Shown one piece after another: positions 10,371 to 22,040 of a stretch of 33,983 nt of DNA (within the stretch, counting starts at the first letter, position 1; every line of letters begins with the position of its first letter). The position numbers and the translations under genes are program-made. Location: contig NW_021831939.1 in NCBI RefSeq assembly GCF_006345805.1, forward strand, positions 1-33,983. The letters run 5' to 3'. The notes beneath the pieces are model-generated. The model worked only from the letters and a program-made list of their open reading frames with translations. It had not been told where the DNA came from and ran no database searches. The DNA is from Octopus sinensis (lineage: Eukaryota).

Positions 10371-12389
10371 GGATGAGAAATACAAATATTAATTCTTAGT
10401 TAAAATCTACAATATAAAACGAGCAAATAGAAAGAACTATGGGATTAAATTGCATTCAAATATATTTTAAACGTGTTTATTTTAATTTTTGTGACATCAT
10501 CGTCTCAGGCCGTTCATGTAGGCAGGATCGAACCTTTCAGAAGGATCTCCCTCGCTTGAATCGGGGATCACGAGGATAATAATAATTAACTGGCTTACCC
10601 GTGTTTGGTCTTTAAATAAATAAATAAAAATTTTAATTTTTGTATGTATTGATTTTTTTTAATTGGTCGTAAAATTTTTATATACCAAAAATGGGAAATT
10701 TGCGATGATTTATTATATGTACATACTTTTCAATTTTTGTTAAACAACCAAAAATGCAAAACCTCAATTGCTCGTCGAATTCTATATCTCGTAAAAATTG
10801 GGTCGGTTTCATAATATAGCAAGTCTTAGAGGTTTTACTATACATTTTGATTAATCGAAAATATCCGATCAACAAGTTTTTATCAAGTTTCGGGAACTTT
10901 AACTTTTTGATTGTTTTTGTAGATAAATTTTTAGTTTTGAATTGTTCCATAATTGACTCAACACTCACTAAAATTAGCTGTTTTTCCGCAAATGTTCAAT
11001 TTAAACAAGAAGGAAAATTTATTGACAATTATTTGGCATGATAATAAGTTGTTGTCGTCCTTATAACGCAATATTTGCATTTTTTGATAGTTTTCTTGTA
11101 TATCATTCAGTCAATCACAACCGGGCATGGTAAAACATAGTTTTACTGTTGTCATTTTCAAATTTTCACTAAAATTGGAAATTTTTTTAAAATTTGCAAA
11201 TTTAACGGAGTCTAGTGTTCATGACTTAATAAGATTATATTTTGAATTACAATAAACGTTTTTAGGCACCTTATAATGAAAAAGTGATGGTGCTGATAAA
11301 TGAGTCTTGCTTAAAAAGGATCCGAAACAACAACCACTTAGTTCATATTTTGTTTTTATAAAAACTTAAACTATTTAAAATTGATTGCTGTATTAATTTA
11401 TTCCTTTCGGTTTGAATCATTCCTTAGCTTTTTAACTGCAATCTTTTGTTAACCATCACGAATCTGATCTTCACTTTAGATTTTAGGCAAAAAATAAAAA
11501 TTACACCCCTTAAATAGAAAAAAGTTAAAAAATTACTTTATAACTGACAAACAAATGGGAATGTTACCTACAATGTAATCTATTACAGAAAAGTAAAATG
11601 TTGATGTGAAAATTTTGTTTACAAATTTTTATTGGCTTTGCTATTCGCGAGGCTAGCCGAGCGTCTCATGAGACTATTAGGTAATTTATAACTTGCTTGT
11701 TTGCATTTGCGTGTTTTAAAAAAAATTCTTGTTTATCACATTTAATAGTTTTATTCGAACAAATTAAGAAACTCACACTTTTTATTGTTTTCGCACACAT
11801 AAAACATAATGGAAAGCCACTTGACACTAATATAATTATTAATCATATTATAAATCAATTATATCCATTATTATCTTAAATCAAATTAAAAAAAGAACAG
11901 CAAAATAATTAGCACAAATGCGGTTATTCGTAATTAATAAACGAAATTCATTAACGAGAGAGAGCTCACTGTGCGTGTGAAACCACAAAAACATAAAATA
12001 GATATTGAATTAATGACATTATTTTTGTAGATTACTCACCTTTTTGGCATAAATCAGATTTTTGAGAATAAACTGAAATTTTAGATAAACTAAATTTTTA
12101 CGTATTGATGCGTTTTGAGTTTTTTTGATAGCCAGAAAATACACGACCGTTATACTAAAATATCTTAAAACAGAAGCCGAATAACCAACCTGATCTTTGA
12201 TTAAACTAAACATTGTTTGTCACGTGCCATTTAACAAACATCAAATTTGATTGATGGCAATCATGCCTAAAATAATCTATCGATTCAGTCACAAAATCTA
12301 AACAAAACCGTGAAAGAAAATAAGCAAAAAAGCATTTAAATCCAGAAAAATAATTAACTTGGCATTATTTGGATTAGATGACGTATATG

Positions 12390-13056
12390 TTAAAGATGTT
12401 TCTGGTGTTTCGGGTTGTGGCCACGTTTCTTGTCAACAAACACAAATTCATCAACACGACTGCTGTCATGCTCCACCAAATAATCTTCCGTATCACTGCC
12501 AGAGTACACAAAATTCGACGAAGAATTAGAAGACCCGGAATTGACAGGATTAGACGTAGGGGCATTACAAATCAACGAAGGGTCAGGAACTACTTTTTGA
12601 CGACAAAAAACTTTCCGGATTCCCTCCAAACGAGCATCTTTGAGTTCCGCATTTATCTCGACAGTTCCTGATTTTAGCATTTCGGCTGAAATTTAGTAAA
12701 ATAATCAACTTAGAGAATTTTCAGCTTTAAGTTTTTCTCTGAAGGTTGCTATTTTGCAATCAAACTTGAGTACCATTCCATTCAAAAAATAAATGTAGTC
12801 ACGTGCTTTTTGAAGGATTTTGGCACGTGGAATCTTAGATTGAGTCGGATTAAGAATTTTACTCGTTCTCTGGATGAGGGAATGATATCTTTCAAGTCTT
12901 GAAAACAATTTTTATATTTTTTCTGCGCTTTCTCTCAAGGGCATTGTGAATAGCACGACGAGACTGAAAGTTTATATATTGAATGATTTCATCATTTTTA
13001 TTGACATCATCGGTGGACCTTCCTGAATTCAGAGAATGTAAATGATTGAGTATCAT
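12390..13056 (-). CDS. MAX: Max-like bHLH-ZIP, copy 1; frameshifted as assembled (T5 vs T6 near 12909)
   Basis: RRAIHNALERKRRKNIK..LKDIIP..PRAKILQKARDYI matches the Max bHLH (HNALERKRR). Two small introns. Start codon uncertain. Confidence 0.75.
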
Positions 13057-13532
13057 ACAACTATAAGATGATTTCAAGTTTTAAAGTAAATAATTATCAA
13101 GGATCGATTAAAGCATGCAAACACGCATATACCTACGTTTGCTTGTTATGAAATTTCTTTTATTATTTTTTAAAACGTTTTAATAAAAATTATTCATAAA
13201 TTATAATTACTATTAATCAAAAATTAATTTTACAGGATTTGGTTTTAAATCAAAAAGTTTTAATAAATATTTAATTGCAGCAGAGGATAAGATGGAATGG
13301 CAATTCCCAAGCAAGTAATCCACAAATAATCAATTTCATCAGCAGTTGCCAGATATTAATGATTTTGTCTTAGTAAATAAATTCTTTAAATTTGAATTCA
13401 ACAAAAACTAAAAATGGCTACATCATTAAAATTGACGAATCCAGAATTACACAAACATTGTAATTGTCTAAAACAAAAATAAACATATGGTTTATTTAAA
13501 TGTATAGAAAATGTAATCAAAAAATTTTTACA

Positions 13533-15533
13533 TCATTTTCCCACCCTGCCTTTCACTTTGCGTTTACGGTAATCTTTTTTCTTCAAAATCTTGTCCTTTT
13601 TGGGCACTGCGTTTAACATCTCGTCAAACTAAAACATTAATAAAAATCGCAAACTTCCTCAGCGGTTTTGGTCATGTCCTGGAAATCACTTTCTAATGAA
13701 TCACTGCAATCGTCGCTCAATGAAAAATCGGAAGAATCCGCCTCGACCTTCTGCTCTCCAACGAGCATATCAAAATCACTATCTTCCACAGCTTCGGTTT
13801 TAATATCCGTTTTAACACAATAAGAACACCCTCCCGACGAGTCTACTCCAATCATGCGAAAAAAACTATAAAAATAATCATTTTTGTTTCACTGGTGTAA
13901 ATATCGTTCATCCAAAGGAATCGATGATTGATGACTATTTATAAACTGAACACTGTTCACAGGTAAGGCACGGATGCCTACACAATGACGAATTTTCTTC
14001 TGTGACATTATAACGCGACCTTCCTCTTCTACAAAAATATTTGACAAAAAACTCATTGGACGAGGCTTTTTGAAAACAAAACGGTCAAGAAATCTAATTG
14101 AACTGAAATCTTGTAATGGATGTCCTTGATAGGAAATAGATTCCCGCTATTAAATATAAAAAAAAGGAATACTTCGGTCAATGTTGTCGCAAAATATGAA
14201 ATTGTGGGGTGAACGTGCGAAGAAAGTAGTTCCAACTCATTTCTACAAACACAGAGAAAGCCCAAAGAAGCATCAACGCCACAAAAACGTGGATTTCGTT
14301 CTGTGGGATTGAAACGGTCCTCATTCTCTGAAGTGCCAGTAGTTTCGAAAAGAATCACGTGTATCTTTGATGTTATTTCAGAAATCATGATCAAAGATGC
14401 TGCCACAAAGGCAGGATTGTGATGTTGAAGACAAACTTGAAGCAAACGTTTAATAAATGCCTAAATATTGTTAAAATTAATAAAATAACCAAAATCCTAT
14501 TCATATCCTTGTCACCAGCCAACGCCTTATATAGCAAAGTAAGAAACATTGCAGGCTTTGAACAGTCAAATAGACGCACATCAGCAAGACGAGTGTAAAG
14601 CGCAGAAAAAAAGCGATCAGTCACAGCTCTAAATTATAAAACCACAAATGTTCACTCAATCGATATTGTAGATATGACATGAAGAATTTGAAGAACTCTT
14701 ATAGAAGCAGAGAAAGAAAGAGAGTGAGAAAGCAAGTAGAGAGTGTCAATATTTTCATCAAACAGTGAATAATGTTCTCAATAATAAACAAATATAAACT
14801 TACTCTCTGCATAAGGAATAGCTCGATATATTGCATCAAGGAGTACAGACATTGTCTTTGAATGTACAGTGTCATTTGGAATGAGAGTTTTGAAGTAAGA
14901 AAGGTATATTCCAATCAACAACCCTGCCAGACTAGATCCTGCATCGTCAGACGTAAAGATAAACTGAGACAAGCAACAAATAGCATAAAATCTAATAAAT
15001 TCAATAAAATATTTACTGAGTTCGACTCGAAACATTTGGGCGGAACAGCACCATTTCTAACTGCTTTCCAATTACTTGATTACAATGAGGCATTCTCCGA
15101 ACCAATGATTGAATATAAAAGAGAGCAGTCGATGCCAAATCCTTATTCTGATCCCCCAATTTATTAACCAACAACTCGATGGGTTTCTTGCAAAATTAAA
15201 GAAAATAAAAACATGATTTTGTAATGAGCGACAAATGGCCAAACGAAATGTAAATTGAATGGATTTTTTCCTGATTGAGGGTATACTGTCTTCCATACTA
15301 GTCTTGAGAAGGTCACATAATTTGGTCAGATACAATATGAGGCGGTCCTCAAACCATAAACACGTCAAATCAATTACAGATAGTTCATGTTTAAATGATT
15401 TAACAGCCTAATTAAATTTATTTTTAAATACTGTTACTTGATCAATGCTGATTAATTTCTTTCTCGGAAGTAAATATTTTGAAAAAAGTTCAACCAAACC
15501 TTCCAAGGCATGCACAGATTCTCCGAGAATCAC
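13533..15533 (-). CDS. CEBPZ: CEBPZ/Noc1/Mak21 3' portion lacking its own N-terminus; 3' partner of the junction chimera
   Basis: VNKLGDQNKDLAS, FRPNVSSRTQFYAICCLSQ, DRFFSALY, HVHPTISYFA, HPLQDFSSIRFLDRFVFKKP. Away from the junction the only indel versus the full copy is intronic (~14160). Confidence 0.9.
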
Positions 15534-17077
15534 TTTAAGAAAGTGAAAATAAGTTTCAGTTAACATCCACATAAACTGTGACAACAATCCATAATGTAAT
15601 ACAACACCAAAAACTGTACATTGATTTTGGGTTTTGGTGTGAATAAAATACATTCCTACTATAAAATCAAGGTCCACGATTAAAATTGAAATTTCTAAGT
15701 TTAATAAAATTAATTGAAATTTTGATTTTAGAAGAATTCTAAAAATATATTGAATATTTTACTGATATTCTAGAAAAAAATTATAATCGAGATAATAATT
15801 GAAATGATGGAGGATATCAGTCCAATTAATGTAATTTGTGAGATTAATGATATTTTCTTTCCGTTAATTTTATACTTTTCCGGGTTCTATGTATATTATT
15901 ATTAATGGTATTTTCAAATACAAATATAACTGCGAAACTTGACAGATGGTTAAAACTGCACAAAATTTTTTTTTCCATTTCGAAAATAATCGTCTTTCCG
16001 CCAATTGTATCCCAACTTGTATCATTCGCGTTGTAAAAAGCACATTCATTTTGAAAAACTAAATATTTTCAAAGTGATAACTGGAATGATTTGTGACGAT
16101 TGGGAAACTTATACTTATTTTTTTGATAAAAATTGTCGATGAAATGGAGATGATATCAGAGTGTAAAGTTTGTTTTTTTCTGATGGGGAAGATATCGTCA
16201 TTTTTCCATTTTATGATACGAACTAAATTGTGTTTTTTATTGCAAACTATTTTTAGAATTTGATTTATCAAAATTTAGAAATATTTTGACATTATTTGAA
16301 GAATTGGTTTTGTCGTATATTGTTTCTGTGAATTTATCGGCATGGATATTTTTGTCGACAATTATTACATCTTGGATAATCAAACTTCGGTTTAATGGTT
16401 GAACAGTTGGTTTTTCCAAAATGGATCTTATTCTAATCGGATTTAAGCTGTAATATCCAACTTTGATTTATTCCTTGACACCGTCATAATTTCTGAGATA
16501 AGCTCATTAATCTTGACAATTTCCTATATAAAAAATTCTATAAAACTTTTTTATCCTTTTTTCCTAGCGTATTAAATATAAAATATACTTTTGTTTAGTT
16601 TGTTTATACCGTCTGATTTAGGCCGCTTGGCTAAATTTTAGTCAATAATTTATTGGGAAATTTACAATTATGAATATTTATTGGGAAACTTGAATTTTTA
16701 ATTGAATATTTATTTCTTCCTATTGAAAACGGTTTATAATTCTACTAACTTTTTAATTTGTTGCTTGTTAATAAACTTGAACTTCCAGTATAATTTATAA
16801 TGCTATTAATTTCGGTTGTCATTTTTATATATGTAACTGAGCTGAAATCACTTTAAAATCAAATTTAGAAAAGACTGCTTATTTTTATTCTTTTTTCTGA
16901 ATGTTTTTGAGAGATCATTCACAACTTGAACTAAAGTCATAAATATTTACATTTTTTCTTTATTTTAAGTTTATGGTGGTCGGTTTTTTGTTGAAAGGTG
17001 TCTAAATATTGATAGTACATTAAACCCGAGTCACTTAAACATGAAGTAATAATAAATAAATTAAGCAGTAGATTCAT
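15534..17077 (-). CDS. Adhesion GPCR 5' portion (signal peptide, GAIN/GPS, TM1-3), copy 2; 5' partner of the chimera
   Basis: ATG at 17077. Exons trace in frame through the GPS motif. An A7 run at 15774-15780 is one base shorter than copy 1, giving a TAG just after TM1 as assembled. Confidence 0.85.
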
Positions 17078-17175
17078 TTTGCAACGACAATATATTTTTT
17101 AATAAATATATGTGTGATTCGGGCGATATGAATAATTAGGATAGAAATTCCATAAAATTAGTGATAATAAATTTA

Positions 17176-19420
17176 TTATAAATTAACGTTTTTAGTTACT
17201 AATAACTAACTAATCTGTATAATTCTCCTCCTTTTTGAACCGTTGCACTGGATCTGCGTATTCTCATCCTTTAACACTTCATATGACACATGAGACACAT
17301 CTTCCAGCAAATCTGGTGGATCTGTTGTTTCTCTAGCCAATTTTAGGAGGTGGTTGGTGGCCCTCGAAACTTGTTCCTCATGTTTTTCAATTTCCACTCC
17401 ATGTTTATGTTCAAAAAGCATGCTCCAATGTCTTTTTAATCGTCAGCGATTGTATATACGATCTAGTGGAAGCATCCAACTTCAGTCTTTCCATATAAGA
17501 CTTATAGAATTTAGAAACTATTCCGTCCCATGTGAGGACAATGGGGATTATCGTTACCTTCGCACCGTGGATTTGAGATAATTCTCCAGCAAGAAGATCA
17601 TATTTATGTAGTTTTTCTACTTCCACTTGCTTTAACATGGCGTGAGAAGTAATTCCGACTTCTATTAGAGTGATTTCGTTTTTCGTTTTATCAAGGACAA
17701 AGATATCTGGTCTATTGTTTTTTACATGAACATCTGTCTGCAAGGTGGTGTCCACTCTTATCTCCATTTTATGATTTGAGCTAACCGACTGGACTGTGTG
17801 TGACTTTAACCTTTTGGTTTTCCTGATTTCATATTGGCGGCAGAGATGCAAATGGATGCATCTTATAACTTCATTATGTCTTCTGGTATAATCACTGTTC
17901 AGCATTCTGCTACATCTTGTAGCCATGTGATCAACAGATTTTTAGCTTGATTACAATGATTGCACATTCCTCCGTTATCGTTGAAAAATATATTTCGATC
18001 CTGAATAATACAATACATTGCTTCTGATCTCGGACTGTTGTTTCCATTCACTAGCCATTCCGTAGACATATTGATGTCAACATTCTGATCCTCACAACAT
18101 TTGAAAAGTACGGAATGCAACATCTTCGATTTAATAATCTTCATTGGATTCTTTTGTTGATTCTCCTTGATTATGTTTATATTCAATTCTGAAGGATCTT
18201 CAATATTGTATTTGAAGGTAAGAAATCTTGCGATAGTGGCCATATGTGTTTTCTTTATTTTCAAGACCCGCAAGATTCCAGACTTTCTGAGACACATTGT
18301 AGACTTTCTTTCAAGATCAGTCAAAAATTGGTATAAAATGCATTCACTTTTATGGACAATTGAATTAAGTCTTCAGCCTTCTTAGCTGCAGATTTGGCCT
18401 CCAGGGCACATGAAGTTAAGTGAGAAGCAGAAAAGGTGTCGCAGCAGGTTGCGTCCCAAACGAGGCCTTTTCCGCCTTCGAAGGGGAAAAGGGTCATCCC
18501 GTCAGGACGTTTCCCGTCGCCGCGGTCAAGGCCCGGTGGCTCGAGGACCGAAGGAAATCCCGCCGAGTCGAGGGCCCTCCGTATGATGTCGTTCATAGCA
18601 GAGTGCCTCGGAAAACGTCCGGCACTCCTCTTGCACGATAAAGGGTGCAGACCGAAAGGGTCAACAGTGCAGCCACAGCGGCACGTGTGCGGGACACATT
18701 GCCTTAGTCCGAGTCGCAGAGAGACTCCCATCCTTACCGCTTCATCGTCAAGGAGAGTGCCAGATGGGGCATTCGGGAATGCACAAAGCCAAGCTCCGCT
18801 AGCCGGGTATGCTGCCGACAGAAGGCAAGCGCGGCGGTGCTGGTTGGACGACTCGAGCAGCAGATTGAAAGTTTGCTTGCATCTAATTCGATCCCAGGCT
18901 CGTTGAGACATTCGATCTTCCGGAAAGTCAAGGCCTTGTTCTCTCCAGACTTCGCTGAAATGAGCAACATTTGTGTCCAAGGAAAATTCAGAAAAGGAGC
19001 GTAGAATTTGTGCCCTGGAGGCCAAATCTGCAGCTAAGAAGGCTGAAGATTTAAAGCTTTTAAAATATTCTGCCCTCTCGGAGAAGTTTTCCGTGGTGCC
19101 GATCGCGGCTGAGACGTCGGGTGCTCTCGGTCCAAAAACTGAAAAGTTCCTTCGCAAGCTCGGAGCCAAAATCTCAATGCGCACCCATGATCCTCGGGAG
19201 GCGAACTGGCTAATGCAACGGCTCTCGATTGCCATTATCCGGGGAAACAGTTTGGCAATCCGCCAAGCTACATATCCACCATAAACATAATTCTATCTTT
19301 TCATTGATTATTGTTATTTATTTGTAAGTAAAAATAAAAATTGAATTAAGTCCTCTTCCAAATTCCTTCATTAATGAGTATCTTGTTCTCGTCTAATAAT
19401 AGTGTTATTTCTTCATCTAT
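17176..19420 (-). mobile_element. Second copy of the R4/Dong/NeSL-like retroelement fragment, interrupted by a CRE-like insertion
   Basis: Same protein motifs as 8880-10146 (ORFs 17206-18324); resumes at 19339. Confidence 0.9.
18372..19338 (+). mobile_element. CRE-like non-LTR retrotransposon 3' fragment with inverted 5' part and 14-bp TSD
   Basis: TSD AATTGAATTAAGTC at 18358-18371 and 19339-19352, single in copy 1 (~10062-10075). 18372-19008 encodes SGAWL..LRLG..CRCG..HPLSC..RH..RPDGMTL..WDAT on minus; 19009-19284 encodes ..PIAAETSGALG..QRLSIAIIRGN on plus, followed by an A-rich tail. Confidence 0.92.
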
Positions 19421-20226
19421 CACAACGGTTCTCACCCTGGGTCGAAAAATGGGTTAGAAATGGGCTGGCTCGCAGGATTGAAAGACAACGAAGGGTGCAA
19501 AAAGGGCCAATTTTGTCAAAATTGATATAAAAAATATCAAAATTAAATGTTCCATTGTCAAATTTGATGAAAAGAGTGTCAAAATTGAACACCGCATTGT
19601 CAAAATCGATATAAAAATGTCAAAATTGAACTGAACTGGTATAGTCAAAAGGATGAAGAGAGTACAAATATTAATTATAGTTAAAATCTACAATATAAAA
19701 CGAGCAAATAGAAAAAACTCTGGGATTAAATTGCATTCAAATATATTTTAAACGTGTTTATTTTAATTTTTGTGACATCATCGTCTCAGGCCGTTCATGT
19801 GGGCAGGATCGAACCTTTCAGAAGGATCTCCCTCGCTTGAATCGGGGAAATTTGCGATGATTTATTATACGTATATACTTTTCAATTTTTGTTAAACAAC
19901 CAAAAATGCAAAACCTCAATTGCTCGTCGAATTCTATATCTCGTAAAAATTGGGTCGGTTTCATAATATAGCAAGTCTTAGAGGTTTTGCTATACATTTT
20001 GATTAAATCGAAAATATCCGATCAACAAGTTTTTATCAAGTTGCGGGAACTTTAACTTTTTGATTGTTTTTGTAGATAAATTTTTAGTTTTGAATTGTTC
20101 CATAATTGACTCAACACTCACTAAAATTAACTGTTTTCCCGCAAATGTTCAATTTAAACAAGAAGGAAAATTTATTGACAATTATTTGGCATGATAATAA
20201 GTTGTTGTCGTCCTTATAACGCAATA

Positions 20227-22040
20227 CAGTCGGACCTCGGTTTGAACCACTTGATGGCTCATAAACCGAGGTTGTATCATAAACCGAGGTTCGCTAATAA
20301 TCCTAATTAACAGTACTTTAAGTAAAAAATAGTTCACAAGAAACAGATAGAAACAGTTCATAAGTTATACTTTTTGGAAATAATGCGTAATCTTTTTTCC
20401 AAAACGATTTTTATCCCGTAAATTAATCATTATTTTTTTCCTTAGGGCGTAGAAATCATTTGATAATTCTGGAGAAAGTTTGCATATATTTTCCTCCATA
20501 TTATTAATAAGAGTCAGTGGATCTATGATTTCTGTTGATTTAGGCCCATTATAAAAATTTATTTTGCTTTCAAGCAATTCTTCGACAAAGACTTCGTTCA
20601 CCATTTCTGTCACGTCCGTATGAATCTTCGACTTGATATTTATTGTTTCCTCCCATCTACACTCAAAAATTTTTTTCCAACAATTTTGAATTTGATTTGA
20701 AGTTACATTGGCCCAGGCTTCAGAAATTAGTTGCATCACATTCCGTAAATTGAGACTTTTGATTGCTTCCAAAAAATTGCTTCTATTTTCACAAATGCAT
20801 ACGAATTCGATAAGTAAATTACTGTAATTTGTCTTCAGTGCTTTAATTATGCCCATATCAAATGGCTGAACTAACGATGTAGTGTTTTAGGTAAATATAA
20901 AAATTCAATGTTTGAATAATCGGATAGTCTATGAGAACTAGCATTATCCAACAACATGAATATTTTTCGGTTTTCAGAAAGCATTCTGGTATTTAATTAA
21001 AAAACCCAGCTTTTAAAAATTTCAGTTGTCATCCACGAATTTTTAGAAAAAGAGTACATGACGTTAAAAACATCAGGATTGAATTGTTTTAAGCACCGAG
21101 GGTTTCGATATTTGCAGATAATTAAAGGCTTCAGTTTCTCTCCAAGATAACTGCAGCATAGAAGCAAACTAACCCTTTCCTTGTACTGCTTAAAACCAAA
21201 CAAATTTTCACCACATTGTACAAATGACTTAGTTGGTGTATTTTTGAAATAAAGTGCAGTTTCGTCGCAATTAAATACATTTTCTTTACCATAATAAACA
21301 ACTTTTGTATCTAATTCTTGGAAAAAATGAAGGAGCATGGATGTATCTGCGGAACCCTTTTCACCACACAATGTTTTGTACTGTAAATTATGTAGTTTCT
21401 TGAATCTTTGAAGCACCATTAGACAATTTGAAATTATTCAATGATAATTTTGAAGCGACCATCGACCCAATTTTCTTAATGGTCGGTCCAATTAAGGGCA
21501 TTTTTTAAGTCTCAATTTGTGAAAAATTTCCAAAACTTTAAGATCGAGATTTTTAAGCTTTTCAGAATCACTAGTTTGCTCGGATAAATCAGAATAAATA
21601 GTTCCATTATCAAGAAAAGGAAAATCTTTTTTATACGTGAAATTGTAGCCCTGCTAACTTTGAAAATTTCCGCTATTCTGCGCTCTGAAAGGTGGTTCCG
21701 TTTAATATTGGGCTATTTCGAGTTTTTTTCGTGATCAATTTTCATTTTAAGCATCTAGAAAACATAGAACAGTGGAAAATACTTCAACAAAGATAACAAC
21801 GTGACAAGAAAAAAATTCTTTAAAATAAACGATAAAATATATAAAATAAAAATAATATATTACAAAATATTAAGTTTATAGCAATTTTTAGATGGCTCAT
21901 AACGAGGTCTATTTTTAATTGATTTTTACAAACCCCTTAGGAAAAAAGCAGTTTCAAAAAACGTGGCTCAAAAATAGAGTTTGTATCATAAAGCGAGTAT
22001 GGATCATACCCGAGGTCTGGCTCATAACGAGGTCCGATTG
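20227..22040 (-). mobile_element. Tigger/pogo element with frameshifted transposase
   Basis: Imperfect 23-bp TIRs (CAGTCGGACCTCGGTTTGAACCA / CAATCGGACCTCGTTATGAGCCA), TA TSD, empty TA site at 11072-11073 in copy 1. Motifs LCGEKGS, FNCDETALYF, KERVSLLLC, SWMT, MGIIKALK. Confidence 0.95.

Larger units (their letters stand above)
7240..15533. repeat. Tandem segmental duplication, copy 1 (~8.3 kb)
   Basis: Collinear and near-identical to 15534-28190 once the insertions in copy 2 are removed. Paired ORFs are visible in the ORF track. Confidence 0.95.

Noticed and set aside
12378-12671. Arg-rich plus-strand ORF (also 25032-25325)
   Set aside because: Antisense shadow of the Ser-rich last exon of the Max-like gene.
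12892-13077. Calling the bHLH gene Myc
   Set aside because: The bHLH is near the N-terminus, no Myc boxes are visible, and HNALERKRR is the Max signature.
15525-15534. GAGAATCACT at the junction matches the hAT TIR at 31730-31739
   Set aside because: Most of these bases are explained by the parental CEBPZ sequence, so a 10-nt match is not enough to invoke hAT-mediated duplication.
18321-19235. 304-aa ORF as a novel protein
   Set aside because: Artefact of the 5' inversion: its first ~75 aa are the antisense of the element's C-terminal coding region joined to the inverted arm.
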